This document shows, in pieces, positions 1 to 8,352 of a stretch of 53,094 nucleotides of DNA. Within the stretch, counting starts at the first letter, position 1; every line of letters begins with the position of its first letter. The position numbers were made by a program, and so were the translations under genes. Below the pieces are notes generated by a model. That model did not search any database and was not told where the DNA came from. It saw nothing but the letters and a program-made list of their open reading frames with translations. The stretch comes from Candidatus Yanofskybacteria bacterium RIFCSPLOWO2_01_FULL_49_17 (GTDB lineage Bacteria > Patescibacteriota > Minisyncoccia > 2-02-FULL-40-12 > GWA2-44-9). Where the stretch lies: NCBI GenBank assembly GCA_001795695.1, contig MGKO01000004.1, positions 1-53,094 on the forward strand, written 5' to 3'.

Positions 1-375
1 GCTTTCGTAAGAAAGAGGAAGGTGGGGATGACGTCAAGTCAGCGTGGCCCTCTGATGCCTTGGGCTACACACATGTTACAATGGGCGTTACAATGGGTTG
101 CCAACCCGCGAGGGGGAGCTAATCCCATCAAAGGCGCCCTCAGTTCGGATTGGAGGCTGCAACTTGCCTCCATGAAGCTGGAATCGCTAGTAATCGCTGA
201 TCAGAACGCAGCGGTGAATACGTTCTCGAATTTTGGACTCACTGCCCGTCAATCTAAGGGAGCCGGGAATACCCGAAGATCCATAATTTATGTGGGGACA
301 CGGTAAGCTCGGTAACAAGAGATAAGTCGTAACAAGGCAAGGCTAGCGGAAGCTGGTCTTGGATCACCTCCTTTC
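1..375 (+). rRNA. rrs: 16S rRNA, 3' terminal part (gene begins upstream of window)
   Basis: Conserved blocks GCTACACACATGTTACAATGG, GGAATCGCTAGTAATCG, GTGAATACGTT, AAGTCGTAACAAGG, ending in GGATCACCTCCTTTC (anti-SD CCTCC). The 1390-1410 region is unusually divergent (GGACTCACTGCCCGTCAATCT). Confidence 0.9.
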
Positions 376-403
376 TATTTTTCTTTTTAGAAAAATGCAT
401 GAA

Positions 404-475
404 AGGTTAGAAGTGGGAGGCGAAAGATGGGAAGAATGATTTATCATTTTTCACATCCAACCTCTACCCTTCAAC
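404..475. repeat. Imperfect G:U-rich hairpin in the 16S trailer (H7-like)
   Basis: The arms aggttagaagtgggagg..agatgggaagaatgat and atcatttttcacatcc..cctctacccttcaac are complementary with wobble pairs. Confidence 0.5.
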
Positions 476-490
476 AAAATGAAGTCGATA

Positions 491-518
491 CCCCCACCTT
501 TCAAACGAAAGATGGGGG
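491..518. repeat. Short CCCCCACCTTTC/GAAAGATGGGGG hairpin (copy 1 of 2)
   Basis: 12-nt arms with one C-A mismatch (a G:U pair on the other strand). The same motif recurs at 38671-38698 after tuf. Confidence 0.6.
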
Positions 519-737
519 TGGCAGGTCCGATGCCGAAATCGGATTCCATTAGAGCTCGCGGTCACCTTTGGTGGCCTACCTCTAACGGGACAGGGTTCTT
601 AGCGATAGGAGCCTTGGTTCTGACTAGAACTAAAATAGTCTAGTCCCGATTGCGAAAGCAATCGTGGATCCTCGATTTTGTAACATCTAACGATTAACAA
701 AATCGGGACCGGTTAACTACGTGAAATTGCCAATGAA

Positions 738-769
738 ACACAAAACTGCTCCTAGGAGCAGTTTTGTGT
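738..769 (+). terminator. Hairpin terminator closing the 16S transcription unit
   Basis: Perfect 15-bp stem acacaaaactgctcc/ggagcagttttgtgt with a 2-nt loop. A protein gene follows, not a 23S gene. Confidence 0.55.
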
Positions 770-837
770 TCGTGGACAGTCAAACTTGTAATATCCGTGG
801 GGGGGCTACAATTAAGATAATTAAATAACTAAGAAAT

Positions 838-1269
838 ATGGACGAAACACAATACGAAGGATCAAAAGAAATGTTGTCCCCGAAAGATGCGGCAATGTCC
901 AAAATAAGGGAAGAAGCTATTGAAAAAATTAAAACAGAATCAGGGCTTAGCGAAGAAGAATTTCAGGAGATATTGGACTCATTTCACTATGGCAGTACAT
1001 ATGTGGATAATGGACAGTTCCGCTTTAGATTTAGGGGGCATGAGATTGTTGGGTATGGAGGTGTGTCTTCTCACATGAATCCAGCCAGAAAAGATGGTGT
1101 CTCTGGTATGATTTATTCTATATCTATCGATGGCAAGAAAGTTCCTGAAACTCAATTAAGAGAATTTGAAGCAAAATTTGGGCCAGTCATTAAAGGGCTT
1201 TCAATGCTTTCAAATAAAGACACAGAAGAAGTAGCTAGTCGGGAAGAAGTTGATGATTTGTTAAGATAA
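838..1269 (+). CDS. Hypothetical protein (143 aa)
   Basis: ORF track entry. No recognisable motif. Followed by a bidirectional terminator. Confidence 0.5.
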   Translation: MDETQYEGSKEMLSPKDAAMSKIREEAIEKIKTESGLSEEEFQEILDSFHYGSTYVDNGQFRFRFRGHEIVGYGGVSSHMNPARKDGVSGMIYSISIDGKKVPETQLREFEAKFGPVIKGLSMLSNKDTEEVASREEVDDLLR

Positions 1270-1274
1270 CCAGA

Positions 1275-1307
1275 ATCATAAAACCGCCCGGTGGGCGGTT
1301 TTATGAT
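1275..1307. terminator. Bidirectional terminator between convergent genes
   Basis: Stem atcataaaaccgccc / gggcggttttatgat, flanked by an A-run and a T-run. Confidence 0.75.
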
Positions 1308-1323
1308 TTAAAAATTAGAAAAA

Positions 1324-2052
1324 CTATTTGATCTGGTAGGTGATAGTGACGCTGACTACTATCTCGTTCTGGCCGACGGATATTTCCGGTCCGCCGCCTC
1401 CGCCAATGCCCCGGTCAGTGGCATACATCATCGGTATCGGATATCCGCCGGTATTCTCGGAGAAGTTCACGATGCGGCCAAGCTTGATGCCGACTTGGTC
1501 CTTGAGCTCGTCGGCTTTCTTTTTTGCGTCCTCAATGGCTTTTTGTCTGGCCTCGGTCTTTAATTTTTCAGGATCTTCAACCTGGAGGCCGAGATTGTTG
1601 ACCTGATTGGCGCCGGCCGAGACCAAACCATCCAAAACGGCGCTCACTTTCTCTAGGTCCCGGACCTTTACTTGATAGGACTGGGTGACCTGGTAACCGG
1701 TAATGGTGGCCTGTCCGCCGTAAGAAGAATATTTATATTGCGGATAAATATTATAATCCGTTGTTTTGATATCCTTCTCGTCTATTCCTTGTTTTTTCAA
1801 AAAATCAGCGACAGCTTGGGACTTTTTAGAATTCTGGTCTTGGGCTGTTTTGGAGTTAACGGCTTGGGTGACGATACTGGCTGATATCATTGCGATATCG
1901 GGCACAGCCAAAACCTTGCCCTCTCCGTTGAATGAGACCGTGTTCGTTGTCGCGGCGGTATTCCAAAGACGGTCTATCTCAACCAGAAGAAAAACGCCGA
2001 AAAGCGCTATTGTCACCGTCGCTATAATAATAAGTGGTTTGAAGTTATTCAT
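1324..2052 (-). CDS. SIMPL/DUF541 family protein (YggE-like) with N-terminal TM anchor
   Basis: Pattern PDIAMISASIV..DIKTTDYNIYPQY..ITGYQVTQSYQVKVRDLEKVSAVLDGLVSAGANQV..ARQKAIEDAKKKADEL is typical of the family. Confidence 0.75.
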   Translation of the reverse strand: MNNFKPLIIIATVTIALFGVFLLVEIDRLWNTAATTNTVSFNGEGKVLAVPDIAMISASIVTQAVNSKTAQDQNSKKSQAVADFLKKQGIDEKDIKTTDYNIYPQYKYSSYGGQATITGYQVTQSYQVKVRDLEKVSAVLDGLVSAGANQVNNLGLQVEDPEKLKTEARQKAIEDAKKKADELKDQVGIKLGRIVNFSENTGGYPIPMMYATDRGIGGGGGPEISVGQNEIVVSVTITYQIK

Positions 2053-2097
2053 GGTGACTTCTTACGGGATTCATGCAATTAGTATATCATACGTAAA

Positions 2098-2820
2098 TTG
2101 GAACCTGAAATTACCATGAAACTGCCTCATAAGACATTAGAAAAAGGTTTATTTAATAAAGGATATGGTTACGTATGCGCGGTGGATGAGGTGGGCATTG
2201 GATGCCTGGCCGGGCCGGTAGTGGTCTGCGCCGTGGGTATGACCAGTACTTTCCATAAAAAGATTCACAAGAAACTTCACAACCTGCGCGAGTCAAAATT
2301 ATTATTACCCAAACAGCGGGAGAAATTCGCCAGGTGGCTTATCGAGGACCAGCAGCTTGTCTATACTTTAGCATCCTCGTCGCCGAAAGTGATAGACAAG
2401 ATAAATATCTACCAAGCTGCGCGCCGCGCCATGCGCAGAGCAGTCCAAAAAGTATCTAGTATTTCGTATCCAGTATCCAGTACAAAAAATCAAAAAATAC
2501 CAAACACTAAATACCAGATACAAGATACTGGTATCAAGACCATGGTTCTGATAGATGGTCCTCATAAAATTTCTAAATTAGACATAGAGCAAATACCAGT
2601 AGTGAAAGGGGACCGGAAAATATTTGCCATTGCCTGCGCTTCCATTATTGCCAAGGTCCATCGCGACCACCTTATGATCAAGATGGCCAAGCGCTATCCG
2701 GGTTATGGCCTTGAAAGGCACAAGGGCTACGGCACCAAATACCACCAATCCCAGCTGGCCGCTCTAGGCCCATCCGCAATCCACCGTCGGTCATTTGCCC
2801 CAGTCCGAAAAATGCTATAA
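2098..2820 (+). CDS. rnhB: Ribonuclease HII, carrying an in-frame repeat insertion
   Basis: Motifs DEVGIGCLAGPVV, ESKLL, LIDG, GDRK..ACASIIAKVHRD, HKGYGT..H, HRRSF. About 25 extra aa lie between RAVQK and LIDG (see 2451-2536). Confidence 0.9.
   Translation: MEPEITMKLPHKTLEKGLFNKGYGYVCAVDEVGIGCLAGPVVVCAVGMTSTFHKKIHKKLHNLRESKLLLPKQREKFARWLIEDQQLVYTLASSSPKVIDKINIYQAARRAMRRAVQKVSSISYPVSSTKNQKIPNTKYQIQDTGIKTMVLIDGPHKISKLDIEQIPVVKGDRKIFAIACASIIAKVHRDHLMIKMAKRYPGYGLERHKGYGTKYHQSQLAALGPSAIHRRSFAPVRKML
2451..2536. repeat. Heptamer-periodic hairpin element inside the rnhB coding sequence
   Basis: Arms (agtatct)(agtattt)(cgtatcc)(agtatcc) and (ataccaa)(acactaa)(ataccag)(atacaag)(atactgg) are complementary with wobble pairs. 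The segment encodes VSSISYPVSSTKNQKIPNTKYQIQDTGI. Confidence 0.6.
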
Positions 2821-2830
2821 TCAAACCATT

Positions 2831-3871
2831 ATGGCTAGCATTGCAATCAACGGTTTTGGGCGGATTGGACGGGCATTTTTTAAGCTTGTCCTGACGAAGG
2901 AAGGATTGAACATCGTGGCCATCAATGACTTGGGCAATGTGGACGCACTGGCCTACTTATTGAAATACGATTCGGTTTACGGAAGATACGGCAAAGACGT
3001 CTCTGTAAAGGACGGAAAATTGGTGGTGGATGGAAAAGAGTTCCTGTTCTTGAGCGAGAAGGGTGCCGCTAAGCTTCCCTGGGGGCAGCTTGGCGTGGAT
3101 ATTGTGGTGGAAGCCACCGGCGTATTTGAAAGTTTTGAGAAGGCGGCGGTCCATCTGCGGGCCGGCGCGAAAAGAGTCGTCTTGACCTCACCGGCCAAAG
3201 ACGAAGATGGTTCGGTAAACTCACCACAAGTTCCAGCTGATGGCCGTACTGTGCTGATGGGCGTGAATGAGGATGTTCTGAAAACCTGCACCATATCTTC
3301 AAACGGTTCCTGCACCACTAACTCCGCTTCGCCGGTGATGCAGATATTGGTGGAGAAGCTCGGAGTCAAAAAAGCATTTTTAAATACTGTCCACGGCTAT
3401 ACCGCGACCCAGGCCTTGATAGACGGAGGAGCCAAGGACCATGACATGAGGCGGATGCGTTCGGCTGGCGTGAATATCGTGCCGTCCACAACCGGAGCGG
3501 TCATCGCTGTGGCAAGGGCGATTGATTCATTGAAGGGAAAATTTGACGGTGTCGCCATGCGCGTACCGGTAGTGACTGGTTCTCTTTCAGCGATAACTTT
3601 TGTCGCCTCAAGGCCGACCACGGCGGAAGAGATAAACAAAATTCTCCGCGACGCGGAAAGTGAGGATCGCTGGCAGGGGATATTCAAGACCACGAGCGAC
3701 CAACTGGTCTCCACCGACATCATCGGCGAATCCCACGCGGCCGTGGTTGACCTCACGCTGACCAAAGTCGTGGATAGCGACCTCTGCTGTGTCTACTCCT
3801 GGTATGATAATGAGTTCGGATATACTAATTCCCTTGTTGACCATGTATTAAAAATAGCAGCCAATTTATGA
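2831..3871 (+). CDS. gap: Glyceraldehyde-3-phosphate dehydrogenase
   Basis: Motifs INGFGRIGR, SNGSCTTNS (catalytic Cys), WYDNEFGY. Start taken at MASIAING rather than the upstream in-frame extension in the track. Confidence 0.9.
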   Translation: MASIAINGFGRIGRAFFKLVLTKEGLNIVAINDLGNVDALAYLLKYDSVYGRYGKDVSVKDGKLVVDGKEFLFLSEKGAAKLPWGQLGVDIVVEATGVFESFEKAAVHLRAGAKRVVLTSPAKDEDGSVNSPQVPADGRTVLMGVNEDVLKTCTISSNGSCTTNSASPVMQILVEKLGVKKAFLNTVHGYTATQALIDGGAKDHDMRRMRSAGVNIVPSTTGAVIAVARAIDSLKGKFDGVAMRVPVVTGSLSAITFVASRPTTAEEINKILRDAESEDRWQGIFKTTSDQLVSTDIIGESHAAVVDLTLTKVVDSDLCCVYSWYDNEFGYTNSLVDHVLKIAANL

Positions 3872-4152
3872 AAAAAATTGTAGAAGCTGTTTCCTATTCA
3901 TTAGCGGCTATAGATTTTATTTTTTTGTTTATTTCGGCTGCATTTGCGCTTGGTACCGGATTACAAATGAATGGCTTACTGTTCTTTATTTTATCTATTT
4001 GTTCATTAATCTTTTGGTCTCTCGGCCTGGTCTATGCAATTACAAGTAAAGCTAAAGGGGAAATATTTGTATTCTGCTTCCTATTGTTTATTTGGTTCGC
4101 GTTTTTCATGGGGTATTCAATTGCATATTTACAGAGCGTATACATTATTTAA
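3868..4152 (+). CDS. Small integral membrane protein (3 predicted TM helices)
   Basis: Hydrophobic 94-aa ORF. ATGA overlap with the gap stop codon. Confidence 0.5.
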   Translation: MKKIVEAVSYSLAAIDFIFLFISAAFALGTGLQMNGLLFFILSICSLIFWSLGLVYAITSKAKGEIFVFCFLLFIWFAFFMGYSIAYLQSVYII

Positions 4153-4175
4153 TTTTTTAGTAGAGACAATAATTT

Positions 4176-4484
4176 ATGTCTGAAAGTTATAACAAATTAG
4201 TCAGGGATAAGATTCTACAGATCTTAGATTCAAAAGGTGTTAAATATGAACGACGTGAAGCGTCGCCTGAAGAATACAAGGCAGAACTTATTAAAAAATT
4301 AAAGGAAGAGATAAAAAAATTTGTGGAAGCCGGCAGCGCCGAAGAGCTTGCTGATGTGATGGAGGTCGTTGAGGCGCTAAAAGTATTGCCGGAATACCAG
4401 AACGCAGAAGATATCCGTAAAAAGAAGTTCGATGAACGGGGCGGTTTCCAGGACCGTATCATCCTGAAAGGTGAAAAAGTATAA
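4176..4484 (+). CDS. MazG-like / PRA-PH-like nucleoside triphosphate pyrophosphohydrolase
   Basis: N-terminal YNKLVRDKI signature and an acidic helix EELADVMEVVEAL. Confidence 0.65.
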   Translation: MSESYNKLVRDKILQILDSKGVKYERREASPEEYKAELIKKLKEEIKKFVEAGSAEELADVMEVVEALKVLPEYQNAEDIRKKKFDERGGFQDRIILKGEKV

Positions 4485-4583
4485 TGTCCCAATACATTGA
4501 TAACCCGCTTTCGCCTATGAGTTACGCCTGCCTGCCTGCCGGCAGGCAGGGACGGACAGGCAAAAAGTGGAGGAGCTGGAGAT
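4484..4583 (+). pseudogene. Duplicated 5' fragment of the transketolase-N gene, disrupted by a palindrome-containing insert
   Basis: ATAATGTCCCAATACATTGATAAC..CAAAAAGTGGAGGAGCTGGAGA matches 5332-5380 (ATAATGTCCCAATATATCGACGATAAAAAAGTGGAAGAGTTGGAAA). It contains a ~55-nt insert and is out of frame afterwards. Confidence 0.7.
4531..4550. repeat. Palindrome CCTGCCTGCCGGCAGGCAGG (P1), intergenic copy
   Basis: Perfect 20-nt palindrome. Confidence 0.95.
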
Positions 4584-4635
4584 TCATTGTATTTAGCAGT
4601 AAACATAGGTATAGTTGAATCGTCTTTTACGGAAT

Positions 4636-4950
4636 ATGGCATCAAATATACAAAAAATAGTAGATACAATTGTGAGGGAGTTTAAGCCTGAAAAGGTTGT
4701 ACTTTTTGGCTCACACGCATGGGGTATTCCGAAGGAGAACAGCGATATAGATTTGCTGGTTCTTAAGAAGGACAAAAATAAAAACACTCGTGAGATGTCT
4801 ATTGATTTAGAGCGTTTATTGGCAAACCGAAACGTACCCCTTGATATATTAGTATATAAACCCGATCAAGTGGAAAAAAGGTTGCGGATAAACGATCCCT
4901 TTTTAACAAAGATTTATAAGGAAGGGAAGTTATTGTATGAACAAAAATAA
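4636..4950 (+). CDS. Nucleotidyltransferase-domain protein (MNT-type antitoxin)
   Basis: NTase motif LFGSHAWG..SDIDLLV. The track ORF starts at TTG 4615; the ATG at 4636 is preferred. Confidence 0.75.
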   Translation: MASNIQKIVDTIVREFKPEKVVLFGSHAWGIPKENSDIDLLVLKKDKNKNTREMSIDLERLLANRNVPLDILVYKPDQVEKRLRINDPFLTKIYKEGKLLYEQK

Positions 4951-5335
4951 GGACATATGTCTTGAATGGGTTGCGAAGGCAGATGAAGACCTACGTTCAT
5001 TAGAGTCGCTTCTTAAACACAAAGAAGGTTCTCCTTCTACTGGTTGCTTTCTCGCTCAACAGGCGGTAGAAAAATTATTCAAGTCATTGCTGGTACTGCA
5101 CGGAGCTGAACTTGAAAAAGTCCATGATTTAATCGTGCTTCTTAATAAAATAAAAATTTATCAGCCGGAAATAGAAAGATTTCTCGATAAGATTTTAGTT
5201 CTTACTCGTTATTATATTGAAACAAGATATCCGGGAGATTATCCAGAGTTTACCTGGGAAGAATGCAAACGGGCATTTAATACCGCAGCAGAAATAGTGG
5301 AGTTCGTTAAGGAATCTGTATTTAAGTTTGCATAA
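4937..5335 (+). CDS. HEPN-domain protein (toxin partner of MNT)
   Basis: Overlaps the MNT gene by 14 nt. Helical protein with the ETRYPGDY motif typical of HEPN. Confidence 0.7.
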   Translation: MNKNKDICLEWVAKADEDLRSLESLLKHKEGSPSTGCFLAQQAVEKLFKSLLVLHGAELEKVHDLIVLLNKIKIYQPEIERFLDKILVLTRYYIETRYPGDYPEFTWEECKRAFNTAAEIVEFVKESVFKFA

Positions 5336-6228
5336 TGTCCCAATATATCGACGATAAAAAAGTGGAAGAGTTGGAAACGAAGGCTAATGAAGCGCGGGAG
5401 CTTTTGATTGAGATGCTGACGGAGGCGGGGTCGGGGCACACGGCCGGTCCTTTGGGTATGGCCGATATTTTTACGGCATTGTATTTCCATGTCTTGAATC
5501 ACGATCCGAAAAATCCGGAGATGCCGGAGCGGGACAGATTAATTTTGTCCAACGGACACATCACGCCGATACGATATGTTGTGATGGCGATGTCGGGATA
5601 TTTCCCGATTGAAGAATTAAAGACATTGAGAAAATTTGGCACGCGCCTGCAGGGACATCCAGAGCGTGAACGATTACCCGGCGTGGAGACGACCTCCGGA
5701 CCGCTTGGTTCGGGTCTTGGTCAAGCTTGTGGTATCGCCTACGCGGCAAGAATTGACGCTAAGAAATTTAGAACTTATTGTCTGATGTCTGACGGGGAGC
5801 ATGACTCGGGGGCGCTCTGGGAATCAGTCATGTTCGCCGGCAAAAATAAATTATCAAATCTGACGGGTATTATAGACCGCAACAATATCCAGATAGACGG
5901 CATGACCGAGGACGTGATGCCATTGGAAAACCTGCGCGCAAAATACGAGGCATTTAACTGGCACGTTTTAGAAATAGATGGAAATAATATAGAAGCGTTT
6001 GTGGACGCGACACATGAAGCGGCGGCCATCTTTGAGAAACCGACGGTTATCATCGCCCATACTATCCCAGGCAAGGGCATCAAAGAAATTGAGTTTGATT
6101 ACCGCTGGCACGGCATTGTTCCGGGGATGCAGGACGTTCCCGGGGCGCCTTCTAAGGCAGAACAATCTAAAAAATTCTTGGATGAATTACGAACGTTAGG
6201 TGGTAGAATAAAAAGTGAACACCAATAA
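5335..6228 (+). CDS. Transketolase, N-terminal (TPP-binding) subunit
   Basis: Motifs GSGHTAGPLGMADI, LSNGH, SDGEHDSG, IIDRNNIQIDG. Confidence 0.9.
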   Translation: MSQYIDDKKVEELETKANEARELLIEMLTEAGSGHTAGPLGMADIFTALYFHVLNHDPKNPEMPERDRLILSNGHITPIRYVVMAMSGYFPIEELKTLRKFGTRLQGHPERERLPGVETTSGPLGSGLGQACGIAYAARIDAKKFRTYCLMSDGEHDSGALWESVMFAGKNKLSNLTGIIDRNNIQIDGMTEDVMPLENLRAKYEAFNWHVLEIDGNNIEAFVDATHEAAAIFEKPTVIIAHTIPGKGIKEIEFDYRWHGIVPGMQDVPGAPSKAEQSKKFLDELRTLGGRIKSEHQ

Positions 6229-6311
6229 TTAAAAATTTTAAATTTTGAATTATTAATTTTTAAAAATTTGAAAATAATAATTAATAATTTTTGCAAAGGG
6301 GGTGTTGTTAT

Positions 6312-6560
6312 ATGATGCAAAGCGATAATTGCAAATGTCCGCATCATAGTGTAGCAAAGCTCATAGGTCTGTTAGTGTGGGTCTCGGGCGTGCTGTTCTT
6401 CTGGTCCGCTTTCGCGGGACGGACTTTCTGGGACCTGGACGCGTTATTCTGGGCCTGGTCGGTAGTTGTTCTGTTCCTGTTGGCCAAGTCCATGCGTGGC
6501 GCTTGCCGGTGCTGCTGCGGAGAGAAGCACTGCCAAACTTGCCAGGTCAAACCGATGTAA
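6312..6560 (+). CDS. Small Cys/His-rich membrane protein (2 TM) between the two transketolase halves
   Basis: SD-like AAGGGGGTG lies 8 nt upstream of ATGATG. The ends CKCPHH and CRCCCGEKHCQTC flank two hydrophobic helices. Confidence 0.45.
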   Translation: MMQSDNCKCPHHSVAKLIGLLVWVSGVLFFWSAFAGRTFWDLDALFWAWSVVVLFLLAKSMRGACRCCCGEKHCQTCQVKPM

Positions 6561-6673
6561 ATTAGGAAAGCTCTAAACTCTAATATCTAAATCCTAAATA
6601 AATTTAAAATCCAATTTTCAGGTTTTGAACTTTGGTTATTATTTAGGGTTTAGGATTTAGTGCTTAGAATCTT
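6561..6673. repeat. H7 heptamer-periodic hairpin filling the spacer up to the tkt-C start codon
   Basis: Arms ctctaaactctaatatctaaatcctaaataa / ttatttagggtttaggatttagtgcttagaatc. Confidence 0.65.
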
Positions 6674-7672
6674 ATGTTAAATAGCGAAGCTAAACTAATA
6701 CCAGATATTACTAAACCCGAATATATACCCACCAGAGATGGTTATGGCAAGGGCGTGGTTAAAGCGGGGGATAAAGATGAGCGGGTGGTCGTGCTCTGCG
6801 CCGACCTGACCGAGTCCACCCGGTCTTTGTGGTTCAAAGAGAAATTTCCGTCTCGTTTCATTGAAATGGGGGTGGCCGAGCAGAACCTGGCTTTGGTCGC
6901 CTCGGGTATGGCCAACTACGGCAAGATTCCCTTCATCTCTTCATACGCCACTTTCAGTCCCGGCCGCAACAATGAGCAGATACGGACCAATATCACCATC
7001 AATAATGTGCCGGTGAAGATTGTCGGCGCCCATGCCGGAATTTCCGTCGGTCCCGACGGGGCCACCCACCAAGCGCTAGAAGATATCGCCTTAATGCGGG
7101 TCCAGCCGAGAATGGTTGTGGTAGTGCCATGCGACGCTGTTGAGGCGGAGAAGGCGACTTTCGCCGCGGCATTCAACAATCAACCAACATATATCCGCGT
7201 TGGCCGTGAGAAGTCGCCCGTTTTCACGACTGCCGACACGCCGTTTGAAATAGGAAAGGCAATTGTTTTGAGAGACCTGCCTGCCGGCAGGCAGGCGGCA
7301 AACACCTGTGCGATAATTGGCTGCGGGATGCTTTTGCATAACGCCCTTTTGGCGGCTGAAGAACTAATGAGCGAGGGGATTGAGTGCATGGTCATCAATT
7401 CACATACCGTCAAACCTTTGGATGAAAAAACAATAGTTGAAGCGGCGCAAAAAACCGGAGCGGTGGTAAGCGTGGAGGAGCATCAGATCGCCGGCGGACT
7501 TGGTTCGGTCGTGGCCGAATGCCTGTCCAAAAACTATCCGGTGCCGCAGGAATTCATAGGCATTCAGGACCGTTTTGGAGAATCAGGCAAGTCAGAAGAG
7601 CTTATTGAGGTCTTTGGACTGGGTAAAGAATCAATAAAATCGGCCACCAAGAAAGCTATATCCAGGAAATAA
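6674..7672 (+). CDS. Transketolase, C-terminal subunit, with an in-frame LPAGRQ palindrome
   Basis: Motifs FIEMGVAEQN, GPDGATHQALEDIA, plus the C-terminal domain. Confidence 0.9.
   Translation: MLNSEAKLIPDITKPEYIPTRDGYGKGVVKAGDKDERVVVLCADLTESTRSLWFKEKFPSRFIEMGVAEQNLALVASGMANYGKIPFISSYATFSPGRNNEQIRTNITINNVPVKIVGAHAGISVGPDGATHQALEDIALMRVQPRMVVVVPCDAVEAEKATFAAAFNNQPTYIRVGREKSPVFTTADTPFEIGKAIVLRDLPAGRQAANTCAIIGCGMLLHNALLAAEELMSEGIECMVINSHTVKPLDEKTIVEAAQKTGAVVSVEEHQIAGGLGSVVAECLSKNYPVPQEFIGIQDRFGESGKSEELIEVFGLGKESIKSATKKAISRK
7276..7295. repeat. Palindrome P1 inside tkt-C (encodes LPAGRQ)
   Basis: CCTGCCTGCCGGCAGGCAGG, read in frame as gac CTG CCT GCC GGC AGG CAG gcg. Confidence 0.95.
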
Positions 7673-7706
7673 TTTATTTTTTTATTATTTGGTTCAAGTT
7701 ATTTTT

Positions 7707-8327
7707 TTAAGATTTTTTCAGGATCTCTTTCAATCGGGCCAGGTCTTTTTCTATCTTGTCTTTTACGGTCGGGTCTTTGGTTGCATAACTCGGATGAAAA
7801 GTAGGGACCAGCTCGTAACTGCCGAAGTTGAATGTCCGGCCGTGGACGTTATCAAGCGGCTGGCGGAGGCCTACCCCATTTAAGGCAAGATTACCCAAAG
7901 TAACGACCAGTGACGGGTTCAAGCTTTTCAGCTCTTCCTTCAAAAACGCGGCATGGGCCTTGAGCTCCTTAGGCGTCGGCACCTTGCCGTTAGGGTAGTA
8001 TTTGACGAGATTGGTTACGTAGATCTTTTTTTTATCCAAGCCCACGGTTTTGAGGACCTGATGGAATAATTTCTCGGATTGGCCGGCCAGCGGCTTGGCT
8101 TCTTTTTCGCCGTCGGAGTTAAGCATTTCGCCGACAAAAACCACTTTTGCCCCGACTAAACCGCTTCCGAATATCAATTTCTTATCATTGAACTTCTTTT
8201 TCAGGGCTCTGTGGACCCTTTCAAGTTCCTCGGGGGTTGTGGTGCGGGGCGTCTTCATTGGTTCGTTCATCCCAGGGCACCGGCCTTGCGATGGCTGGAG
8301 TGTATCATTAAATCTTATTTTTTGCAA
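7707..8327 (-). CDS. Uracil-DNA glycosylase superfamily protein (family 4/5-like); start uncertain
   Basis: Motifs VVFVGEM..PLAGQSEKLF, IYVTNLVKYYP, TFHPSY. The track start is TTG and overlaps the tRNA promoter; the internal ATG (MNEPMK) is more likely. Confidence 0.6.
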   Translation of the reverse strand: MQKIRFNDTLQPSQGRCPGMNEPMKTPRTTTPEELERVHRALKKKFNDKKLIFGSGLVGAKVVFVGEMLNSDGEKEAKPLAGQSEKLFHQVLKTVGLDKKKIYVTNLVKYYPNGKVPTPKELKAHAAFLKEELKSLNPSLVVTLGNLALNGVGLRQPLDNVHGRTFNFGSYELVPTFHPSYATKDPTVKDKIEKDLARLKEILKKS

Positions 8328-8350
8328 GTTAGCCCTGTTTTTGCTATAAT
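8322..8350 (+). promoter_or_regulatory. Sigma70-like promoter for tRNA-Ile
   Basis: TTGCAA, 17-nt spacer, TATAAT, ending 14 nt before the tRNA. Confidence 0.65.
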
Positions 8351-8352
8351 TT

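Noticed and set aside
519-737. The structured region after the 16S as a possible 5S rRNA, tRNA, SRP RNA or intron fragment.
   Set aside because: No 5S, tRNA or SRP consensus blocks could be found by eye. The hairpins reuse AATCG/CGATT-type short repeats like the other intergenic elements. Left as an unexplained trailer.
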